From the NCBI GenBank assembly GCA_964036045.1, contig OZ038379.1, positions 2,356,001 through 2,420,000 on the forward strand: a stretch of DNA of 64,000 bases, in the 5' to 3' direction. Made by a program: the position numbers and the translations under genes. Shown piece by piece: positions 48,547-59,800 of the stretch. The stretch is from Eutreptiella sp. 'Long Island Sound 2002' (taxonomy: Eukaryota; Protista; Euglenida). Within the stretch, counting starts at the first letter, position 1. Each line of letters starts with the position of its first letter. Below the pieces are notes generated by a model, which ran no database searches, was not told the origin of the DNA, and saw only the letters and a list, made by a program, of their open reading frames with translations.

Positions 48547-48618
48547 TCCCGCGTAGTATAGTGGTGAGTATACCCGCTGGATGACTTGGGCGACCAGGGT
48601 TTGAATCCCTGCCGGGAG
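48547..48618 (+). pseudogene. tRNA-Asp-like sequence, copy 1
   Basis: TCCCGCGTAGTATAGTGGTGAGTATACCCGC...GGGTTTGAATCCCTGCCGGGAG. D and T arms retained; anticodon arm altered with no GTC; T-run follows. Confidence 0.75.
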
Positions 48619-48977
48619 GATACCTTTTTCTCTGCCCGTTTTGTTTATTGGTCCCTGAAACAACAAGGGGCGTCTTTTTGAAAGAGGGTCTCATGACTCT
48701 TTTTGACGGGAATGGCCTGTGTAACGGTGTGTAGTGGTAGCACACAGCTTCCTAACGATGCAGCCCGGGTTTACCTGCCAACCGTGGCTGAAGCTGGGGC
48801 AAGGGTGATCTGCCGTCGCAAAGTCTGCCTGAACCTGAAGTGACGACACCCGTCCGCAGCAGATTTTTCATTTCTTTTTTTTCATTTTCCCTTGGGTCCT
48901 AGAAAGTGGAAATGATGGTAACAACTCCTAACATCCCCCCGGTTTGGGACGGCAGGGCAGGGCAAGGTTCTCAGCAC

Positions 48978-49048
48978 TCCCGCGTAGTATAGTGGTGAGT
49001 ATACCCGCTGGATGACTGGGGCGACCAGGTTCGATTCCCCGCCGGGAG
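48978..49048 (+). pseudogene. tRNA-Asp-like sequence, copy 2
   Basis: As copy 1; B box GGTTCGATTCCC. Confidence 0.75.
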
Positions 49049-49425
49049 GATACCTTTTTCTCTGCCCGTTTTGTTTATTGGTCCCTGAAACAACAAGGGG
49101 CGTCTTTTTGAAAGAGGGTCTCATGACTCTTTTTGACGGGAATGGCCTGTGTAACGGTGTGTAGTGGTAGCACACAGCTTCCTAACGATGCAGCCCGGGT
49201 TTACCTGCCAACCGTGGCTGAAGCTGGGGCAAGGGTGATCTGGCACTCCCATCGGGGACACCCGTCGCAAAGTCTGCCTGAACCTGAAGTGACGACACCC
49301 GTCCGCAGCAGATTTTTCGTTTCTTTTTTTCATTTTCCCTTGGGTCCTAGAAAGTGGAAATGATGGTAACAACTCCTAACATCCCCCCGGTTTGGGACGG
49401 CAGGGCAGGGCAAGGTTCTCAGCAC

Positions 49426-49497
49426 TCCCGCGTAGTATAGTGGTGAGTATACCCGCTGGATGACTTGGGCGACCAGGGTTCGAATCCCTGCCGGGAG
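49426..49497 (+). pseudogene. tRNA-Asp-like sequence, copy 3
   Basis: B box GGTTCGAATCCC with a perfect T stem CAGGG/CCCTG. Confidence 0.75.
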
Positions 49498-49856
49498 GAT
49501 ACCTTTTTCTCTGCCCGTTTTGTTTATTGGTCCCTGAAACAACAAGGGGCGTCTTTTTGAAAGAGGGTCTCATGACTCTTTTTGACGGGAATGGCCTGTG
49601 TAACGGTGTGTAGTGGTAGCACACAGCTTCCTAACGATGCAGCCCGGGTTTACCTGCCAACCGTGGCTGAAGCTGGGGCAAGGGTGATCTGCCGTCGCAA
49701 AGTCTGCCTGAACCTGAAGTGACGACACCCGTCCGCAGCAGATTTTTCATTTCTTTTTTTTCATTTTCCCTTGGGTCCTAGAAAGTGGAAATGATGGTAA
49801 CAACTCCTAACATCCCCCCGGTTTGGGACGGCAGGGCAGGGCAAGGTTCTCAGCAC

Positions 49857-49927
49857 TCCCGCGTAGTATAGTGGTGAGTATACCCGCTGGATGACTGGGG
49901 CGACCAGGTTCGATTCCCCGCCGGGAG
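49857..49927 (+). pseudogene. tRNA-Asp-like sequence, copy 4
   Basis: Same variant as copy 2. Confidence 0.75.
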
Positions 49928-50294
49928 GATACCTTTTTCTCTGCCCGTTTTGTTTATTGGTCCCTGAAACAACAAGGGGCGTCTTTTTGAAAGAGGGTCT
50001 CATGACTCTTTTTGACGGGAATGGCCTGTGTAACGGTGTGTAGTGGTAGCACACAGCTTCCTAACGATGCAGCCCGGGTTCAACTGCCAACCGTGGCTGA
50101 AGCTGGGGCAAGGGTGATCTGGCACTCCCATCGGGGACACCCGTCGCAAAGTCTGCCTGAACCTGAAGTGACGACACCCGATTTTTCATTTCTTTTTTTC
50201 ATTTTCCCTTGGGTCCTAGAAAGTGGAAATGATGGTAACAACTCCTAACATCCCCCCGGTTTGGGACGGCAGGGCAGGGCAGAGTTTCCAGCAA

Positions 50295-50368
50295 TCCTCA
50301 GTAGTATATAGTGGTGAGTATACCCGCCGGATGACTTGGGAGACCAGGGTTCGATTCCCCGCCGGGGA
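50295..50368 (+). pseudogene. tRNA-Asp-like sequence, copy 5 (ends closest to canonical: TCCTC...GGGGAG)
   Basis: TCCTCAGTAGTATATAGTGGTGAGTATACCCGCC...GGAGACCAGGGTTCGATTCCCCGCCGGGGAG. Confidence 0.75.
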
Positions 50369-51180
50369 GATACTGTTTTTCTCTGCCCGTTTTGTTTATT
50401 GGTCCCTGAAACAACAAGGGGCGTCTTTTTGAAAGAGGGTCTCGATGGCAAGGGGAATGGGGGATTGGGGAAGGGTATGGGGGGGTCACCTGAGGATCCA
50501 GAATCCTCCCTGAGACGCATGACCAGCACCCCCCCCCCCCTGGCGTCATGCCAAACACCCCCCCCCCCCGGCACCGTGGGCATTTGTATGTTTTTTAATT
50601 AGGTCACCCCCCCCCCCGCACCGTGGGCAGGCAGCCTTTCTGGTCTTCGGGTGTGGGAGGGGGCAGCACGTCCGTGTCCCACCACGTGGCGATTTGGGGA
50701 CCAAGTCTGGTCACCTCATGACTCAGTCTACCACCCGCCGACCCAGGGTCTGCACTTTCAACACCTCCGGAGGTTATACGAGGCGCTTTGGAGGCCCTGC
50801 TCACGCTCCCGATGCGTTTGCGTCACGGCTCGAGGCAGGACGGACCGCCCACCGGGCAGCCAGCCTGGAGACCGCTGCTGGCGGGCGTTGTTTTTCATGC
50901 GTCTCTGAAGGACCCCCTTGACGCGGCGTGCGATACTCCGACTACCGCAGAGGGCGTCTGGGAGAGGGTTCGCATTCCTCAATCGATCGGATGTCCCGGG
51001 CCGCACGTGAGCGGCGCTGTTGTCTCAGGGCCATTTCCAAACCCCCGGCCATTCCTCATGTCATGAGGGCGCAGCCGTGGAATGGGCGCATGGCAACACG
51101 ACTGTGTGTCCTGCGGTGCGTTGCACGAGCGTTGGGGTGCTCAAGCGCCTCAAAACTCTCCTTTTCGCTGTTGTGTCCAG

Positions 51181-51384
51181 AACCGCAGAGCACCAGCCAC
51201 AATTGGGCGGCACCAGCCCTGAAGCTGCTGAATGCGGGTCAAGACTGTTGGAGTGCCTGCGGGGGATCTGGCGCATGCCGGTGGTGCGGGACCGGCAGAT
51301 GCTGCCGCAAGGATTGGAACGGAGGAGAAAACGGCTGTTTCGTGCAGGAGGGCGGAGAAGGAAAGCACATCTGCGTCGCAGGAG
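51181..51384 (+). CDS. GH30 gene exon: linker plus 8-Cys module 3
   Basis: Pyrimidine-rich tgtgtccag|AA...GGAG|gtcctt; 204 nt, phase 1/1. LLNAGQDCWSACGGSGACRWCGTGRCCRKDWNGGENGCFVQEGGEGKHICVAG. Confidence 0.7.
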
Positions 51385-51608
51385 GTCCTTCGCCCTGTCC
51401 GTGGCCGAGCCCTGCCCCTCGTTCATCGGTTGTGTTTCACTGGCGCGGCGCCATATGAGCGCAGTTGGCCTCGTGTAGAAGGAGGTGAAATGTAGGGGGG
51501 GGGGGCGTTGGGGGGCCGTTCACTCAAATGTGACTTTTGCTGAGCGAATTTGTTGGTCAATATTTGTTTTTGGTGGGTGGGTGTTTGGAGGCTCAAGGAC
51601 CCTCCCCC

Positions 51609-51852
51609 AGGGATGCATTAGAAGGGAAGGGACCTCAGAGGCGGCCCCAGAAGCGGTTAGACAGACGGTTGCAGCAGGTTGCCAAAGCAGTTGGGGGCGG
51701 TTGTTGTCAGCTACAAATGCCATTGAAGCTGGTACTTGCCGTCAGGGAGACAGTGGCTGGGCGTTGGCTAGGCGCCCTGAAGGGGGGGCGGTACCTCCCC
51801 TCCTTCCAACGCAATCAGGTTTTATGCCAAACTCACCTTCAAATGCATCCTT
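51609..51852. mobile_element. Short MITE-like repeat; relatives at about 3020-3060, 6150-6300 and 8640-8790
   Basis: AGGGATGCATTAGAAGG at the left end and CCTTCAAATGCATCCT at the right end. The internal GGCGCCCTGAAGGGGG is shared in reverse orientation with about 8675. Confidence 0.5.
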
Positions 51853-53372
51853 GCCCCCCCCCCCCCATCCTATAAACCAAGCCTGGAGGCAGGCTTCTGG
51901 ATGCCTTGTACGCAGGCACTGTGCAGCAACGAGGCGTTTTTTGTCAATTCCTTCCATTCGTCCTTACACACAGAAATGGCATTGGAAGCTGAAGGAATGA
52001 GGTTGGGTTGTACGAAGGGGGTAAGGGAAGGCGCCCTTCCGGCATGGCACAGATGCAGATGGCAGCGCATGGCGGGAGAAGGATGTAGCAAACGCAGCAG
52101 CAATGAGAGGCGCGAAGTGCGGAGGGGCAACAACAATTTGCAAGGCAGTGGGATGAGGTGGTGGCAGTGAGAGGAGTCCAGGGCAAGACAGGATGCAGGG
52201 TGTGGGTGAGCGAATACTACTCTGGAAACTGGAGCCTGGGGCATGTGCACCCCAATGCAGCAAAGCCTGCGCAGCAAGAAGGGCATCTACCACCCCTCTG
52301 CCAGTACATCTGGTGAGATCCGTTCCCATTTGTACACCAGAGTGGTACGGCTGCCCGACTGTGGAGATGCGCCTCGGCTGCTGCTCCTTAGCCCTGTCCT
52401 ATGTGATGTGATCAAAGCAAACTTGGAGGTGAAGGGGGCGAGGATATCTATCGATCTATCAAGGGACCAGTGTTCTGTTCTGTAGGAGGCGATGACGGGG
52501 GTTTTGCGGTGCAACAAACGTCTGTTGCACAACGGCCGCAGTGCTGCCTGCCAGTTTCCAGAGGGTACTGCCTCCAGAGTGGGATTGTGAGCATGAATGT
52601 CCGCGTTGTTACCCGAGCCAATGCCGACAAATGACCACGAAAACCCTGTCGGCTAAGGCTTGGGCCAAAGCCAGTTCGGCCCTGCTTTGCACTTGACAGA
52701 ACTGGGGCCTGGGCTGCAAACAGCAATCTGGTCTGTGTTGGAGCACACACAAGTACTTAGCCGGTATCCTCGGATGCTCGGACACCCCTGCGCTGATGAA
52801 CGAAATGTGTGGGTGTGGATGGAGCTTGTGTTTGACAAGATGATTCAGGTCCGGTGGAGGTGATTAACCCCAACGGGTGCGGCCCTGTCCTGGCGCGCGA
52901 ACCCGCCCCCCCCCAGGTTTTTGAAGGCAGTGTCGCCATCGAGCCATTTTTCGGGCCGCCGAAAGCCCCCCCCCCCCCCGGAATGTTTGAACAGTCGCTG
53001 GATGCTGTGGGGGCGTCAGCACAACAGGAGCCGACGAGAGTTTCTCCCCATGGACAAGCAGGTTTTCGAAACGCAGATGGATGCTAGAGCTCCTTCTTCA
53101 GAGGACTCACTGTCACTTCGAAGGATCCGATTCAAATGCACGTGCAAAGTTCTTGCACTTCTGCGCGCGCGGGGGTTGGGGGGTGGGGCCAAGGGGGTGA
53201 AGAGTGGGGGCAGGCCGACTGTTGATTAGCAAGAGGGGGGGAGCAGGGGATATGTCGGATGTTGGATCAGCTGCTGCCCAAAGAAGGGACGCTTGCCAGG
53301 TGGCAGGGGCCGAGGGTTGTCTTTGCTCAACATTCGAGGGTACAGCCGTTCGCTCCGCCGCTGGTGTTGCAG

Positions 53373-53804
53373 ATTGGCATCTGGTCTTTCGTCAAAGCGT
53401 GGGCACATACCTCACAAAAGAGGAGTGGCACCATGTTGGCAGTCCTGACTCTGAAAATTTCAGTATCCTCGATGAATTGGAACGCTTCCGAGACACCCGT
53501 GGGAAGTTCGTCTTCAAGATGTTGTTCCCAGACATGCAGGCCCCCAACTACAATGTGTGGAGCCAAATCAGCAACCCTGTGACTGCCACAAGCGGAGGGG
53601 TCGATGGATATGCGGCGATAGAGATCCATTTTGACTCTCACCATTGGGGCGGCTTGGAGCGGTCAGCTCGGGAGACGACCCTGCTCGATGGGTCTGTGCA
53701 CGAGTATTGGTGGTTCTATGCGGTTGGAACCACTATTCCGTTCTTTGGGGGTATTCCTGGTCCATCCAAAAAGGTTGACAAAGTGGAGCTGTACGTTTGG
53801 GAAG
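53373..53804 (+). CDS. GH30 gene exon: fibrinogen-C/lectin-like domain (acceptor could also be 53307 or 53346, all phase 1)
   Basis: WHLVFRQ...NFSILDELERFR...GKFVFKMLFP...NVWSQISNP...WGGLE...LLDGS...WWFYAVG...GIPG...VELYV. Donor GAAG|gtacgt, phase 1. Confidence 0.7.
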
Positions 53805-56800
53805 GTACGTGTTGTTGGCACCGCGCGGAACCCCTGTTTTCTGGCGTCACCTGTTTGACCCTCATCCGTCAGTCGTCCTGTGCAGATCTGTTTCAGGCGT
53901 TGGGCTTTGGGATGTTGGGTGTGCGGGGCTTCCACTTGCCGAGCCTTCCAATCGTCTGTCTGGCAGTCTTGGTCTCAGCAGTCTGTGTTCGCCAGCGCGG
54001 CTCCTGATGCAACAGCCTTTGACCCTTCAGCCGCTGACCAACCTCCCATGACTCTTCACAGCCGCGGACACCGGTCCAAAGCACCGGAACGACCCCGGGA
54101 CCGTCAACGGCCGTCAACGCCCCGCGAGCTTTCACAACCCTCAACAATGCTTGACATCCCTCGACAACCGTCAACACAACTACACAATCTCACGACCTCT
54201 GACGACCTTCTGCGACCGTCTATGGCTTTTAACATCGCTCTGCAGCCCTGAGTGATCCCCCGTGGACCGCCATTCGGCTCATGCAGGGGCAAAAGTTGAG
54301 AGTCGCTGACTGTTCCTGACTGCTCTTGCGTGGTGGAAGTTGTTTGGGGTGGTTGGTGCGTTTTTGAGGATCCTCCAGGATTGCCGAGGCTTGAGCGGCC
54401 AGGACGGTTAGCGTTGTGCGGGGTTGTTGATGGTCACTGAGCGGTGGGGCAGGTTGGGTAGGATTGTGCGGTGAAGGGATTGCTGGCGTGCTTTCTGCTG
54501 CACGAAAATGGGACCCCCTTTGACACCTCAAGTGCCACAATACTACCCCTCAGTAAAACTGACAAGTGGTTGCTTCTTCGGGCCAAATTGCCCAACAACC
54601 GGCATAATGCCACAACGTTTGTTGTAAACAAGACAACCACCACCTTGTCAGAAATTGCAGACCCATTTCCTGGCTCAGCACCATCTACAGGTGCTAGCCA
54701 TGTACTCCGCCATACCTCTCACCTTCTGCTAAAATGCCACCGTCGTCTGACAGCAATTGCATCTTCGTGGTCCTTACCTTAGACCTAAGTGCCGTCTCAA
54801 GTCCCAGTCCAAGCTCCAGCACAAGCCCATCTCCAACTCCGAGTCCCAGTCCCAGTCCCAGCCCCGGTGTGTCTGCCATGTACAGTTCTGAACGGTCGCA
54901 TGGCCTTGGCATGAGCCGCGCATTTGTCCGTAACGCCACTGTACGTGCAGGGGGTGGGGGCACTTGGGCAATTGCTGTTGCTTTGAGGGACCAACTAGCA
55001 CCCGAAACTAGCAAGGCACCATCTACAACAACCATGTGGGTTGGTTGAGCTCGTAACCCGCGAGCAGCCACGCATCTCCATGAGGCACGGAGGAAATACT
55101 GGAAGCTCCCCCATCAGGGGATGCCCGTGTCCAGGTTCCAAGTACGGTTACACACAAAAGCAAAAGCAACAGAAGTACCCAACATGACACCCATACCAAA
55201 GGACACTGCGTGATCCGCCGCCCCCTGACGCCGTGTTCCATTTCGACTCTCACCATTGGGGCGGCTTGGAGCGGTCAGCTCGGGAGACGACCCTGCTCGA
55301 TGGGTCTGTGCACGAGTATTGGTGGTTCTATGCGGTTGGAACCACTATTCCGTTCTTTGGGGGTATTCCTGGTCCATCCAAAAAGGTTGACAAAGTGGAG
55401 CTGTACGTTTGGGAAGGTACGTGTTGTTGGCACCGCGCGGAACCCCTGTTTTCTGGCGTCACCTGTTTGACCCTCATCCGTCAGTCGTCCTGTGCAGATC
55501 TGTTTCAGGCGTTGGGCTTTGGGATGTTGGGTGTGCGGGGCTTCCACTTGCCGAGCCTTCCAATCGTCTGTCTGGCAGTCTTGGTCTCAGCAGTCTGTGT
55601 TCGCCAGCGCGGCTCCTGATGCAACAGCCTTTGACCCTTCAGCCGCTGACCAACCTCCCATGACTCTTCACAGCCGCGGACACCGGTCCAAAGCACCGGA
55701 ACGACCCCGGGACCGTCAACGGCCGTCAACGCCCCGCGAGCTTTCACAACCCTCAACAATGCTTGACATCCCTCGACAACCGTCAACACAACTACACAAT
55801 CTCACGACCTCTGACGACCTTCTGCGACCGTCTATGGCTTTTAACATCGCTCTGCAGCCCTGAGTGATCCCCCGTGGACCGCCATTCGGCTCATGCAGGG
55901 GCAAAAGTTGAGAGTCGCTGACTGTTCCTGACTGCTCTTGCGTGGTGGAAGTTGTTTGGGGTGGTTGGTGCGTTTTTGAGGATCCTCCAGGATTGCCGAG
56001 GCTTGAGCGGCCAGGACGGTTAGCGTTGTGCGGGGTTGTTGATGGTCACTGAGCGGTGGGGCAGGTTGGGTAGGATTGTGCGGTGAAGGGATTGCTGGCG
56101 TGCTTTCTGCTGCACGAAAATGGGACCCCCTTTGACACCTCAAGTGCCACAATACTACCCCTCAGTAAAACTGACAAGTGCTTGCTTCTTCGGGCCAAAT
56201 TGCCCAACAACCGGCATAATGCCACAACGTTTGTTGTAAACAAGACAACCACCACCTTGTCAGAAATTGCAGACCCATTTCCTGGCTCAGCACCATCTAC
56301 AGGTGCTAGCCATGTACTCCGCCATACCTCTCACCTTCTGCTAAAATGCCACCGTCGTCTGACAGCAATTGCATCTTCGTGGTCCTTACCTTAGACCTAA
56401 GTGCCGTCTCAAGTCCCAGTCCAAGCTCCAGCACAAGCCCATCTCCAACTCCGAGTCCCAGTCCCAGTCCCAGCCCCGGTGTGTCTGCCATGTACAGTTC
56501 TGAACGGTCGCATGGCCTTGGCATGAGCCGCGCATTTGTCCGTAACGCCACTGTACGTGCAGGGGGTGGGGGCACTTGGGCAATTGCTGTTGCTTTGAGG
56601 GACCAACTAGCACCCGAAACTAGCAAGGCACCATCTACAACAACCATGTGGGTTGGTTGAGCTCGTAACCCGCGAGCAGCCACGCATCTCCATGAGGCAC
56701 GGAGGAAATACTGGAAGCTCCCCCATCAGGGGATGCCCGTGTCCAGGTTCCAAGTACGGTTACACACAAAAGCAAAAGCAACAGAAGTACCCAACATGAC

Positions 56801-59800
56801 ACCCATACCAAAGGACACTGCGTGATCCGCCGCCCCCTGACGCCGTGTTCCATTTCGACTCTCACCATTGGGGCGGCTTGGAGCGGTCAGCTCGGGAGAC
56901 GACCCTGCTCGATGGGTCTGTGCACGAGTATTGGTGGTTCTATGCGGTTGGAACCACTATTCCGTTCTTTGGGGGTATTCCTGGTCCATCCAAAAAGGTT
57001 GACAAAGTGGAGCTGTACGTTTGGGAAGGTACGTGTTGTTGGCACCGCGCGGAACCCCTGTTTTCTGGCGTCACCTGTTTGACCCTCATCCGTCAGTCGT
57101 CCTGTGCAGATCTGTTTCAGGCGTTGGGCTTTGGGATGTTGGGTGTGCGGGGCTTCCACTTGCCGAGCCTTCCAATCGTCTGTCTGGCAGTCTTGGTCTC
57201 AGCAGTCTGTGTTCGCCAGCGCGGCTCCTGATGCAACAGCCTTTGACCCTTCAGCCGCTGACCAACCTCCCATGACTCTTCACAGCCGCGGACACCGGTC
57301 CAAAGCACCGGAACGACCCCGGGACCGTCAACGGCCGTCAACGCCCCGCGAGCTTTCACAACCCTCAACAATGCTTGACATCCCTCGACAACCGTCAACA
57401 CAACTACACAATCTCACGACCTCTGACGACCTTCTGCGACCGTCTATGGCTTTTAACATCGCTCTGCAGCCCTGAGTGATCCCCCGTGGACCGCCATTCG
57501 GCTCATGCAGGGGCAAAAGTTGAGAGTCGCTGACTGTTCCTGACTGCTCTTGCGTGGTGGAAGTTGTTTGGGGTGGTTGGTGCGTTTTTGAGGATCCTCC
57601 AGGATTGCCGAGGCTTGAGCGGCCAGGACGGTTAGCGTTGTGCGGGGTTGTTGATGGTCACTGAGCGGTGGGGCAGGTTGGGTAGGATTGTGCGGTGAAG
57701 GGATTGCTGGCGTGCTTTCTGCTGCACGAAAATGGGACCCCCTTTGACACCTCAAGTGCCACAATACTACCCCTCAGTAAAACTGACAAGTGCTTGCTTC
57801 TTCGGGCCAAATTGCCCAACAACCGGCATAATGCCACAACGTTTGTTGTAAACAAGACAACCACCACCTTGTCAGAAATTGCAGACCCATTTCCTGGCTC
57901 AGCACCATCTACAGGTGCTAGCCATGTACTCCGCCATACCTCTCACCTTCTGCTAAAATGCCACCGTCGTCTGACAGCAATTGCATCTTCGTGGTCCTTA
58001 CCTTAGACCTAAGTGCCGTCTCAAGTCCCAGTCCAAGCTCCAGCACAAGCCCATCTCCAACTCCGAGTCCCAGTCCCAGTCCCAGCCCCGGTGTGTCTGC
58101 CATGTACAGTTCTGAACGGTCGCATGGCCTTGGCATGAGCCGCGCATTTGTCCGTAACGCCACTGTACGTGCAGGGGGTGGGGGCACTTGGGCAATTGCT
58201 GTTGCTTTGAGGGACCAACTAGCACCCGAAACTAGCAAGGCACCATCTACAACAACCATGTGGGTTGGTTGAGCTCATAACCCGCGAGCAGCCACGCATC
58301 TCCATGAGGCACGGAGGAAATACTGGAAGCTCCCCCATCAGGGGATGCCCGTGTCCAGGTTCCAAGTACGGTTACACACAAAAGCAAAAGCAACAGAAGT
58401 ACCCAACATGACACCCATACCAAAGGACACTGCGTGATCCGCCGCCCCCTGACGCCGTGTTCCATTTCGACTCTCACCATTGGGGCGGCTTGGAGCGGTC
58501 AGCTCGGGAGACGACCCTGCTCGATGGGTCTGTGCACGAGTATTGGTGGTTCTATGCGGTTGGAACCACTATTCCGTTCTTTGGGGGTATTCCTGGTCCA
58601 TCCAAAAAGGTTGACAAAGTGGAGCTGTACGTTTGGGAAGGTACGTGTTGTTGGCACCGCGCGGAACCCCTGTTTTCTGGCGTCACCTGTTTGACCCTCA
58701 TCCGTCAGTCGTCCTGTGCAGATCTGTTTCAGGCGTTGGGCTTTGGGATGTTGGGTGTGCGGGGCTTCCACTTGCCGAGCCTTCCAATCGTCTGTCTGGC
58801 AGTCTTGGTCTCAGCAGTCTGTGTTCGCCAGCGCGGCTCCTGATGCAACAGCCTTTGACCCTTCAGCCGCTGACCAACCTCCCATGACTCTTCACAGCCG
58901 CGGACACCGGTCCAAAGCACCGGAACGACCCCGGGACTGTCAACGGCCGTCAACGCCCCGCGAGCTTTCACAACCCTCAACAATGCTTGACATCCCTCGA
59001 CAACCGTCAACACAACTACACAATCTCACGACCTCTGACGACCTTCTGCGACCGTCTATGGCTTTTGACATCGCTCTGCAGCCCTGAGTGATCCCCCGTG
59101 GACCGCCATTCGGCTCATGCAGGGGCAAAAGTTGAGAGTCGCTGACTGTTCCTGACTGCTCTTGCGTGGTGGAAGTTGTTTGGGGTGGTTGGTGCGTTTT
59201 TGAGGATCCTCCAGGATTGCCGAGGCTTGAGCGGCCAGGACGGTTAGCGTTGTGCGGGGTTGTTGATGGTCACTGAGCGGTGGGGCAGGTTGGATAGGAT
59301 TGTGCGGTGAAGGGATTGCTGGCGTGCTTTCTGCTGCACGAAAATGGGACCCCCTTTGACACCTCAAGTGCCACAATACTACCCCTCGGTAAAACTGACA
59401 AGTGCTTGCTTCTTCGGGCCAAATTGCCCAACAACCGGCATAATGCCACAACGTTTGTTGTAAACAAGACAACCACCACCTTGTCAGAAATTGCAGACCC
59501 ATTTCCTGGCTCAGCACCATCTACAGGTGCTAGCCATGTATCTCTCACCTTCTGCTAAAATGCCACCGTTGTCTGACAGCAATTGCATCTTCGTGGCCCT
59601 TACCTTAGACCTAAGTGCCGTCTCAAGTCCCAGTCCAAGCTCCAGCACAAGCCCATCTCCAACTCCGAGTCCCAGTCCCAGTCCCAGCCCCGGTGTGTCT
59701 GCCATGTACAGTTCTGAACGGTCGCATGGCCTTGGCATGAGCCGCGCATTTGTCCGTAACGCCACTGTACGTGCAGGGGGTGGGGGCACTTGGGCAATTG

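Larger units (their letters stand above)
48276..50410 (+). repeat. Tandem satellite of tRNA-Gly-like plus tRNA-Asp-like units, alternating 449/430 bp (879-bp higher-order repeat), five units
   Basis: Unit starts at 48276, 48725, 49155, 49604 and 50034. Identical ORF-track peptides recur 879 bp apart. Confidence 0.9.

Noticed and set aside
48276-50410. CRISPR-like array or functional tRNA gene cluster
   Set aside because: Units are long and near-identical with no unique spacers and no cas genes. Anticodon arms lack a canonical stem and 7-nt loop.
54734-55048. Ser/Pro-rich ORF repeated in every 1612-bp unit
   Set aside because: Low-complexity (AGTCCC)n-derived frame with no domain or convincing exon borders.
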